From a virus, in the IMG/VR virus record IMGVR_UViG_3300036770_007034, positions 1 through 64,000 of that record: a DNA stretch of 64,000 bases, one strand, 5' to 3'. The notes beneath the pieces are model-generated. The model saw nothing but the letters and a program-made list of their open reading frames with translations. It was not told the origin of the DNA and did no database searches. Shown piece by piece: positions 27,499-39,400 of this stretch (positions are counted from its first letter, which is position 1; each line of letters begins with the position of its first letter). Both the position numbers and the translations under genes were made by a program.

Positions 27499-30400
27499 AT
27501 GGCCAACCAAAGAATAAGAACCGTAGACTTCCTGCCTGAGATATTCCAAACGCCGACCAATCGGCAGTTTCTCAGTGCCACTCTTGACCAGTTAGTCCAG
27601 AATCCCAAGCTCAAGCAAACACAAGGTTATATCGGACGCCGTGTGGGACCTGGCGTGAATCCCAATGACAATTATGTACTTGAGCCCACACGTACTCGTA
27701 CAGATTATCAGCTAGAACCTGGTGTGGTATTCCTGGCGCCCAACACTAACAATGTGGTCGATGCTATGACCTACCCCGGTCTTATCGATTCGATCGCGGT
27801 AAAGGGTGGTAATGTACAGCGCCAGGATCGATTGTTTTCTAGCCAATATTACAGCTGGGATCCGTTTATCGATCTTGATAAGTTTGTAAACTTCAGCCAA
27901 TATTATTGGTTGCCCGAAGGCCCTGATTCAGTAGATGTGTTTTCTGCCGCTGTACCACTTCGCGATGACTTTGTGGTCAGTCGTACCAGCACCGGATATA
28001 CATTCAGCGGAGTCACAGGGACCAATCCTACTCTTACCTTGGTCAGAGAAGGCAACTATACATTTGATGTCAGACAGACCGGCTTCCGGTTCTGGATACA
28101 ATCTGTTCCTGGTGTATCAGGTGTGCTACCCCAGACTCCTAATCAAAGCAGCCGTGAAGTGCTTGGTGTTACCAACAACGGCGATGACAATGGCGTGATT
28201 ACGTTTGACGTGCCTGCCAAGTCTGCACAAAATTTCTATTATCAGTTGGCAGATGCTGGTCAAGTTGACTTTGCTACAGATATACAGTTTGATGATATCA
28301 ACAATCGTTATCTCAGCGAATTCATAGAAGAATATGGTGGCATAGATGGTGTCTCAGACATCAATGGTCGCACAGTAATATTCCTCAATGATGCCGGTTG
28401 GTTCTTTACTGGACTGTATGATGCCAATGGACAACCGTTTGATTCTGTGCCCTATGATGAAACAGTTGAGATCACCCTTGAAAGTCAGAAGTACAGTGTG
28501 TGGCGAATCAATCTAGTATATGATGATCCGTTGAACCCTTATATCAAGCTCACTGTAGATCGTCCAGTTGATAATCTCAGTCGCTTGTTGGTACTATACG
28601 GAAATCAATACTCTAATATCAGTTTCTACAAAGATGCCAGCGGCACCTTTGAACGAATTCCTTTGATTACCGCCAACCTTGATGTACTATATTATCAAGA
28701 TGCCACGAATCCTGATTTCTTCGGTGTGATTCGATTGGTAGATCAAGCCGGGGATCAAACACTGGACATCGACGAGATCATCGGCAAGAAAACATATACC
28801 AGTCCTAATGGTGTGACATTTACCAACGGACTCAAAGTACAATTCCAAGGACTGACCAACCCAGCTAGTTACGAAGGCAAAGAATATTATGTGGAAGGTG
28901 TGGGCACCGCGATACAGCTAATACCTGTCAGCAAGATGATCACCCCTGAAACCTACACACGCTCGGCTACTATTCCCTATGATTCTCTGCCCTATGACGA
29001 AGGTGGGTTTGATGACACTCTGAATGCACCTCTAGATCAAGATTACATGACTATCAATCGTGCTAGTTTTGGTTACAACGCCTGGAGCAGATCAAATCGT
29101 TGGTTCCATGCGCAGGTCATAGCAGACACCGCCCGATACAACGGTATAGATCCTTTCTTAGACAATGATCAAAGAGCCAAACGTCCTATCATTGAGTTCC
29201 GCCCTGACCTCAAACTGTTCAATTCAGGAACCTTAGGGATTGATCCTGTAAACATCATAGATTTCCGAGCCACAGACGCCCTAAGCGATATCAATGGTAC
29301 CATTGGATATTCTGTGGACGGCTATTCGTTCATTGACGGGAGCCGAGTGATATTTGCGGCAGACCGAGATCCAGAAGTCAGAAACAAAATCTACCAGGTC
29401 AACTTTATAACCCCGACAGGATCCGGCACGCCTATAATCGATCTACAACCAGCCAATCTCGAGACTCCGGACCAGTTGATCAATGAAATGGTAGTGGTCT
29501 TGAGTGGCATCACACAGCAGGGCAAGAGCTACTGGTTTGATGGTGCGACCTGGATTGAAGCACAACGCAAGACCGATGTGAATCAACCTCCATTGTTTGA
29601 TGTGTTTGATGAAAACGGAGTGAGTTATAGCAACTCTACGGTATATCCAGCAACCAGTTTCCGTGGCAGCAAACTTTTCAGCTATGCCATTGGCGATGGA
29701 GTGACTGATCCTATAGTAGAACAACCACTGAAATATCTCACCATCAACAACGTGGGAGATATCATATTTGACAACAATCTCAACATAGATACTTTTACCT
29801 ATGTTGAAGATACAGTAAGCGTGACACTGGATATCAATGATGGTGTGGTCCGTCAATATATTGATCGAGTGAATTTCCGCAAACTGTTGGGTTGGCAAAC
29901 AGCCAATACCACTGTGACATCTCGACAGAGTTTCTCTTTTGATTATCAAGGATCTGAACAATTGATACTGGATATTCCTGTAGACACTACATCTACAGAT
30001 ATTCCAGTGAAAGTATTTGTAAATGCGATCTTTGTTGATCCTACGAACTATACCTATGTCGTCAACAGCAATGGATCTACCACTATCACATTTGTGTCGC
30101 CTCCAGCGGCTGGCTCCAAAATTGAAGTCAGTGTGGTCAGTGAAGTGGCCAGTAGCACAGGCTTCTACAGCGTTCCTCTCAATCTTGAAAACAATGCTGT
30201 CAATGAAGATATCATACAGCTCACTCTGGGTACCATCCGCAATCACTACGGATCGATCTGTCAGAATCTGCAGACATTCCAAGGACAGATCAATGGCCAG
30301 AACAATAGCAGAGATCTAGGCAATCTCATACCCTACGGTTCGATCATACTGCAACAGAGCTCACCGCTCACGATGACTGCTTCGTTTATCAACAGCCAGA

Positions 30401-33400
30401 GATTTGATTTTTTCCATGCTATCGAATTTGCGGCCAAAGAATACACCAAGTACAAAAATCTCATAGTCGATGCAGTGATCAAGAATGATTTCCAGAACAT
30501 GACCGCGGCTGAGATACTGGATGAGTGTATAGACACGATCAACCTCGGTAAGACCGAGCTGATGCCATTCTATTGGACAGATACCTTGCCTACTGGTGGT
30601 GCGTTTGATGTGACCACGTACACAGTGACTCCAATCACTACCAATGTGTTTGATACGCTTTACACTTATGATTTCACTTCAGCTAACTACCGTGCGATAC
30701 TAGTTTATCTCAATGATGTGCAGTTGATTGGCAACGGATACGAGTACACCGTGGCCACAGATGGCCCACGTATCACTATCAATGTACCATTGTCAATCGG
30801 CGATGTGATCACCCTACGTGAATATACCAGCACTTTTGGTAACTTCGTACCTTCTACTCCCACTGTGTTGGGATTGTATCCTTCCTATGTACCTGCGATA
30901 TTTCTTGATGATACTTATGTCACTGACAAATTAGTGATACGTGGGCATGATGGATCGATCACTGTGGCCTATGAAGACATCCGAGATGAAGTGCTGTTGG
31001 AATTTGAAAAACGCATATTCAACAATCTCAAGACCCAAAGTAATCCTGTCCCTCTGCAATACTCTGATGTTGCACCAGGACAGTTCCGTACCACAGAATA
31101 CACACAATCCGAAGTAACCAGCATCATGGGTGTGAGCTTCTTGGCCTGGGTCGGTGCAAATAAACTGGCCTATAGAGAGCAAGACTACATTCCAGACAAT
31201 CAGTTTACCTGGAACTATACTGCCAGCGAGAACAAACTCACAGGAACCACTCTGCTAGGCGCCTGGAGAGGTATCTACAATTACTTCTATGACACTGATG
31301 CTCCTAACACCCGCCCATGGGAGATGCTGGGTTTCAGCCAGAAGCCCACATGGTGGGAAGATCAATACGGCCCAGCTCCATACACTTCTGGTAACTTGGT
31401 GCTGTGGGACGATTTAGAAGCAGGCCGTGTGATGGATCCCGCGGGATCTTATGTCATAGAAAAATACAAACGTCCTGGGCTTACCTCAGTGATACCTTCA
31501 GATTCAGAAGGCAATCTCCTGCCACCATTCGATGTGATGGTCGGAGAATATGACACGGGAAGTTTCCGCAAGAGCTGGACAGTGGGCGATGGCGGTCCAG
31601 TGGAAGCATCTTTCTGGAAATCCAGTTACTGGCCGTTTGCTGTGCAGAGACTGCTGGCCCTGACCAAGCCCGCACAGTATTTTTCTCTGTTCGCAGATAG
31701 AGATCTCTATAGATTCAACGATGAATTTGGTCAGTATCTCTATGAAAATCGTTTCCGCTTACGCCCGGAGAATATCCAAATCTACGGCAACGGCACGATC
31801 AAGAACAGCTATATCAACTGGATAGTGGACTACAATCGCCAGACTGGATTGGATTCCACGGTAGATCTCAAGCGCGAGTTGGAAAATCTCGATGTGCGCC
31901 TGTGCTATCGTATGGCATCATTCTCGGATAAACAATATCTCAAGCTCTACACAGAGAAGTCAAGTCCTAACAGTCTCAACACCAGCCTGCTGTTGCCTGA
32001 CGAAAGCTATCAGCTGTTGCTGTATAAAAATCCCACACAGTCTGCCCTGACCTGGAGTTCTATAATAATCCAGCGCAGTGATAGAGGATGGGTGGTCTAT
32101 GGATACAGCACGGTGAGACCTTATTTTGAGATACTCACTAGCATACCCAATGGTAATTTCCGCACCTTCACAGTGAACGAGACTACTATACGTGTGGCCA
32201 ATGATTACAGCAATCAAGTCACTCGTGTACCTTATGGCTATGAATTCTCCACCGTGAGTGGTGTGGTGGATTTCTTGTTGAGCTACGGAAAGCTCATGGA
32301 GTCTCAAGGCATCACTTTCCAGGACATAGAGCGTAATCGTGTGTTGAACTGGGATCAGATGGCCTACGAGTTCATGTACTGGAGCCAGCAAGGATGGGCA
32401 CCTGGCAGCTTGATCAATATCAACCCAGTGGCCAATACTTTGCGTATTGAGCGACCAGGATTCGTAGCTGAGCCGTTGAGCACTACAGCGCCCGAAGACA
32501 TCTTGCTGAATCAGAATAAGAATTCACTGCAAAGCCAGGATTATGTGGTTGAGCGTTTTGAAAATGAATTGGTATTGAGAGCCGTAAACAATAACACTTT
32601 CAGCTATCTTGGTGCCAAGTTCACACAGTTTGAACACATGATCGTGTTGGATAACACCAGTGTGTTCAATGACCTCATTTATAATCCCGCCACTGGCGCC
32701 CGCCAGAGTCGACTACTGTTTGTAGGCTACACCACTTATGAGTGGAACGGTACGCTGGATGCCCAGGGCTTCATACTCAATCAAGACAATATCGTACAAT
32801 GGGTTCCCAACAAAGCCTACAGCAAAGGTCAGATCGTTCTTTACAAAGATTCATATTGGTCTGCGGCCAAGATCATACCTCCGTCAGAGACCTTTGACTT
32901 CAATGTGTGGATCAAGAGCGATTACGATCAGATCCAGAAAGGCCTGTTGCCCAACGCTGCCACTAATGCTGAGAACATCCGTAACTTCTATGATGTGCAT
33001 ACTGCCAATCTTGAGAGAGATGCAGATCTGTTTGCATTTGGTCTTATCGGATTCCGTCCACGTCGCTACATGCAGAATCTCAACTTGGATGATATCAGCC
33101 AAGTCAATCTCTACAGCCAGTTCCTGGGTATCAAAGGTACCACTCAGGCCGCGGAAATATTCACACGTGCCAACCTTGGCAAAGAAGTAGCTGAATACGA
33201 AATATTTGAGAACTGGGCCATCCAGCGTGCCATCTACGGTGCTAATGCCAACCGCAGTTATTTTGAACTGAGGCTGAATGAAGCTCTGATGCTAGCCAAC
33301 CCTAGCACTATCCAAGTGATCGAACCTGGTGAATTTAGTGATGCAGATCAGACCGTGCAGGTAAACCAGATCTGGAAAGAAAGCTATCCGATCACTTCTT

Positions 33401-36400
33401 CCGACATCCTGCCTACCAACTTTCTCAATGCCACCGACGTACTGCTGCCCAGTGCAGGATATGTAAACTGGGACGATGCTGACATCAAGGTGTTCAGTTT
33501 TGCAGACCTCACTCCTATCATCAATGACATCGAAAATATCGCAGTAGGTACCAGCGTCTGGGTAGCCAAAGATAACAGTTATGATTGGAATATCTATCGT
33601 AACAATCTAGTGATATACACCATAGATTCCGTGAGAGACAATCTCAATGGAACCTGTACCTTGACTTTCGCAGGACAACACGGTCTCACTGTGAATCAGA
33701 AGATCGTGATCAAGTACTTTGGTCTTGGTGTGGATGGTGCCTATGATGTATTGAGTGTACCAAGTCTAAAAACAGTGACTATAGCATTGTCATTGGGAGG
33801 TGCAGCCACTACAATCACTGGTACAGGTGTCTGCTTTGTGCTGGAAAGCATGCGTGTGCGCCAGGCCAGTGATGTGTCATTGTTAGAATACAGCAATAGT
33901 CTCTTACCGGGTAATCGCGCCTGGGTCGATGACGATGGCACTGGCCACTGGGTGGTGTACGAAAAAATCAATCCCTTCTCTACACCAGCAGAACTTATCC
34001 CAGAACAACCCGAAGCAAACAGCCGATTTGGTTCTGCTATCACACAGGGATTTGGAAATCTTGGCGCCCTGATCGGTGCGCCCGGATTTGACAATGATGT
34101 GGGAGCCGTTTATGCTTTTACCAAGGGTGGCACTAGCACCTATGTAGAAACTGTGTTGTTGACCATGGGAGCAAATAATTTTGTGAACTACGGTAGCGCA
34201 GTGGCTTCTGGTGGGTCTCAATGGGGCATCGCAGGCGCGGCCAACTCATGGGCCAAACAAGGCTATGCAGTCACTATCAATCGGAATCCTGACAGCGGTA
34301 ACTACGTGCAGGCGCAACTGCTCACAGAAGTTCCTTATAGATTGTATACCGCCAACGGGGACGGATCCACAGTCGCATTTGATCCCACAGGCACACTAGG
34401 CGCTATTTCAGATCCTGAACTACTGGGAGTGGTAGTAGGCGATACTCCTCAGGTTTATGGAACTAACTGGACTTACTCGGCACCTAATGTAATATTCTCT
34501 TCGGTGGCCACACCTTCTGGTACCGAAGCCGCACCACCAGCCGGCACAGATAACGTCAAGATATTCTATTATGATGAATATGGCCATGGATTAGCAGTAA
34601 GCCAAGATGAACGTTGGATATATGTAGGTGCTCCTGCGGGTAATCGTGTGTATGCCTACAACAAAGTGGATGTCCAGACCCAAGTAAAGAACTTTGTAGG
34701 TGACGGTGCTACTGATGAATTTTACATCGCTGATGTGATCATTGTGGATGATGATTCGGCAGATGGCGGTATTGGTGCTCAACAGATTGGTGTCACGGTA
34801 AACAATCTTCCCAAACAAGCCGGTGTTGATTACGAATACAGTAACGGTTCTGTGATATTTACAGCACCTCCAAACACTGATGATACCATACGTATCATCC
34901 GTCTGCAGAGCAAAACATTCTTCCCTACCACGGCAGAAACGGTATTTGCGATCGAAGATCTCTACACTGCGACCAATATCTATAGCTTCAGCGTGTATGT
35001 GAATGATGTGTTACAGCGTCCTAACATGGACTACACTTTCAATTCCGGTAATAAGACTATCACTTTCGTTTCTGGCGGTGTCATAGGCACCGTATTGGTG
35101 GTATCACGCACTTATTTCCAGTATGTTGATTATTTTGACATGCCTAGCCCTGCGCTGTCAACTGCCAGATTTGGACATGCACTATCATCAACCACAGATG
35201 GTCGTCAGGCCTTGATTGGCGCACCAGATGCCACAGCAGATTCCAAACTGTTGGCCGGTCAGATTTACGTGATAGATCGTAGTGTAGAACGTTTCACAGT
35301 GACTGATACTTCAGTGACATCTTATACTACTCTGCGTAATTTCAACGGCCCAGCCACAGTCAAGATCAATGCTACATTCTTGATACCAGACAACGGCTTC
35401 AATAACAATGGTCAGTTTACCGACGATGGAGTAAACACTGTGACCATTGATGTACCATTGAACATTGGCGATTTTATCGAGATCGAAACCAACACATTCA
35501 AACTAGTCCAGGCCGTGGCATCTAATGCTCCTCAGGCCGCTGCTAATTTTGGTCGTGCGCTGGATCAGTGCCCAACAAACTGTAGCCTTTACATAGGTCA
35601 GCCCAATGATTCCTCTATCGTGCCACAGGGCGGTAGTGCAGAGAGATGGATCAATCAAAACAGACTATATGGCATTATCTCAGGAGTAAATCAGAATCCC
35701 ACACTCACTCCAGGAGAAAGCATCCGTATCAATGACGTGGATGTGCTAGTATCTACACCCACTGCTTGGACATCAGCCATTGGCTGGTCGGCCAATGTGT
35801 TCGTGATAGATGGCACTGCGATCTATCGTAGTATCCGGGCAGTTCCTGTGTCAACTAGCATCGATGACACTTCTTATTGGCAGCCATCTAGTTGGGTAGA
35901 ACTCTATGTCGGAGATATCACTACAGCCAACATACCCAATGTCTCGGCCACGACCAGCAATGGATACATCACACTGAGTATCGCCAATGCAGATGCGGCC
36001 ATACCTTTCACACAGTTAGTAGTACTACCTGGTTTAGGTGATACTTTCTATGAACTGGGTCTGGAGCCGATGTATTATACCCAAACTATCACGGCGCCGA
36101 ATCCTGTGGCCTATGCGCATTTTGGTGCCTCAGTTGACATCAGCGATGATTCACGCACGCTAGTGGTCGGATCGCCACAGGGTACAGCGTTCAAACCCAC
36201 TACCTTTGACAACGGCATCACTTACTTTGACAGCAAAGCCACAGAATTCTTTGATCCTCTCAGCGAAAGCGGAGTGGTGTTTACATATGATCTGCTGAGC
36301 TCGGCCAATGGTAGCATACGAAATCCCAGCAAGTTTGTGTTCGGACAACAAATATACGATGAGGATCTCAGATCTCTGGATGAATTTGGCACGGCGGTGA

Positions 36401-39400
36401 GTTATAACAATGGCATCCTACTGATAGGATCTCCACAGGATGATCTCGGCGACAGTGTTGGAGATTTTGGTCGCGTGGCACAGCTCAATAATCCTGACAA
36501 ACTAGCCGCATGGGATATCGTGTATCGCCAGACTCCTATAGTAGACGTGAATCTTATCAATTCAGTGTTCATGTACGATAGGTTAGAAAGCAAGGTCACA
36601 CAATATCTCGACTTCATTGATCCATTGGCTGGTAAGATACTAGGTGCCGCCCGTCAGAATATAGATTATCTAGGAGCCATAGACCCTGCTGCCTATAACA
36701 CAGGTCCTGTAAACAATTATGGCGATCAATGGGTAGAAACACATCTGGGAGAAATCTGGTGGGATCTGTCGACCTGCAGATTTATCGATTATCACCAGGA
36801 TACTATCGCTTATCGCAGTCGTCGTTGGGGACAACTGTTCCCAGGATCTACTGCCGATGTGTATCAGTGGATAGAAAGTCCGGTGCCGCCAGCTCAGTAT
36901 TCTGGCCCAGGCACACCATACAGCACGACCAGTTATTCAGTGTCTAGCAAACTCAACAACGATGGTTTGTTCGCCACACGTTATTTCTTCTGGGTGAGAG
37001 GATTGAGAGATGTGGCCACACGTGCCAAAAAGACCCTGAGTGTGCAGGCTATTTCTCAATACATTGAAAATCCTCGCAGCTCGGGTATACCTTACATGGC
37101 AGCTATAGCATCGGGCACTTTGGCTCTATATAACTCTCGTAATAACATCAGTGCTCAAGACACTATCTTGCATGTGGAGTTTGATAAGATAGCCAACAGT
37201 GACAATGTACACATTGAGTACGATCTCATAGCTGCTGGTGAACCGAGCAGTTTCTTGAGTGGTGGGTTATATCGCAAGATGCTGGACAGTTTCTGCGGTG
37301 AAGACACCCTGGGCAACAAAGTACCAGATCCTAATCTTTCACCTGCGGATCTTTATGGCGTATATTTCCGTCCACGCCAGAGCTTCTTTGTAGATAGATT
37401 CCTGGCCCTCCAGAATTATCTCGAGCGTGCTAATGCTATCTTCGCTGCATTCCCGATCAGTGACAGCAGACCATTCAACCTGCTCAACAGTTCAGAACCC
37501 GAACCCACATCTGCATCTGGCGAATGGAACAAACGGGTGTTGACTTATACTGAACTGACTTATCAGGATCTTGGTCAAGTTCCAGTGGGCTACCGATATC
37601 TAGTGGCATCAGATTCAACCAATGATGGTCTATGGACGATCTATACCGTGGTGCTAGGTAATGCTCTGTTAGGGTCGCCTAAAGAACTTTTATTGACCCG
37701 TGTTCAAAATTACGACACCCGCTTATACTGGGAGTATATCAATTGGGTACAGCCTGGTTATAATGTAGGAACTAAGCCGGTAGCAGAAGTTTCTACTTTC
37801 AACGATTTACAGAGACTCACAGTGCCCGAAGGCGCCAGTGCCAAGGTCACACGCAATAGTTTTGGTAAGTTCGAGATCTATCAGTATCTCGGAGGCGAAT
37901 GGCTTCGTGTAGTGCTCGAAGATGGCACGATCGCCATCAAAGAAGAGATATGGAATTATGTTGTAGGAAGATTTGGTTTCGACATCGAGACCTTTGATAG
38001 CCAGAGATTTGACCAGTTTCCTGCTATAGAAACACGCCAAATCTTGCGTGCTATCAACGAAGAATTACTCACTGGAGAGTTAGAGATCTTCCGTAATGAA
38101 CTCCTGATGCTGGTGTTTGAGTTTATATTGACCGAACAGCAAGCACCAGATTGGTTGTTCAAGACCAGCTTGATTGACGTAAATCACAAGATCCGAGATC
38201 TCTTGCCATATCAGATCTTCCGTCAAGACAATCAAGATTTTGTGTTAGACTATATCAAGGAAGTCAAACCTTATCACGTCAAGATCAAAGAATTCAATCT
38301 CAAGTACGAAGGTATCGACACCTATGACGGCAACGTCACAGACTTTGACTGCCCGGCATATTATGACACTGCACTACAGGCATTCGAGGCTCCTGCCCTT
38401 GATGATAGCGATCCACCAAAATATAGCAACAGCGAACCCAGCACAGATCCTATATGGTATGAATTGCCTTGGAGTCAGTGGTTCCAGAATTACACCTTGC
38501 AGATCCAAGGAGCCGATGTATTAGAAGGTGGTGTGGGTTATACAGTAGCACCCGAAGTGTTGATTGGTGAGGCCTGGGCCGCCAACACAGCATTTACAGC
38601 AGGACAACAGATATATTTTGCCCGTAATCTTTACACAGTGACACAATCAGGTGTGAGTGGAGTCACTGGTCCTGTGTTTACCAGTGGCAGTGATGTCAAT
38701 GGTACCATGACTATAGCCTATGCTGGTACTCGTGCGCTGGCCGTGAGCCGCGTAAACACTGCTGGACAAGTGGTAGAAATCATCGTAATTGATTCAGGAT
38801 CAGGATACATTACAACTCCATCACTTACCATCGTCGGCGGTAATGGCACTGGTGCTCGAGGCGTACCGGTACTTGGAAATGAGTTAGTAAGAAACATATT
38901 GACCACGATCAAATATGACCGTTACGAGTATGTGAGCCAGGTTGTTGATTGGCAACCTAACACCAAATATCTCGAAGGACAGTTGGTTCGTTTCCGCGAT
39001 CAAGTATATTCTGTCGACGAAGTGGATGACAGCACAGAGCTAGACAGTGGTCCTCAATTCAATCCTGCTGATTATACCTTGGTAGATGAGTCCACGCTGT
39101 CGGCAGCCGATCGTGTGATCGGACTTTACACTCCTGATCCCAACGAACCAGGGCGTGAGCTTGCTCTAGTAATCAACGGTATAGACTATCCTGGCGTGCA
39201 GGTGCAAGGTCCAGGATTCGATCAGAATACCGGATTTGACGTGGGCAACTACGATATCAATCCGTTTGACAACATCGACTTTGGCCCAGAAGGCCTGCCT
39301 ACATATGATGAAGGTATCCTGGATGCGATCTATCAGAGTTCATTTGATGACATCTATCTAGGCACACGCACCACAGATATCAATGTAGATGGTGGTGCTT

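Noticed and set aside
16356-30282. Long antisense ORFs (16356-17252, 19994-20548, 22061-22993, 29443-30282)
   Set aside because: They are shadows of well-supported plus-strand structural genes, with atypical composition.
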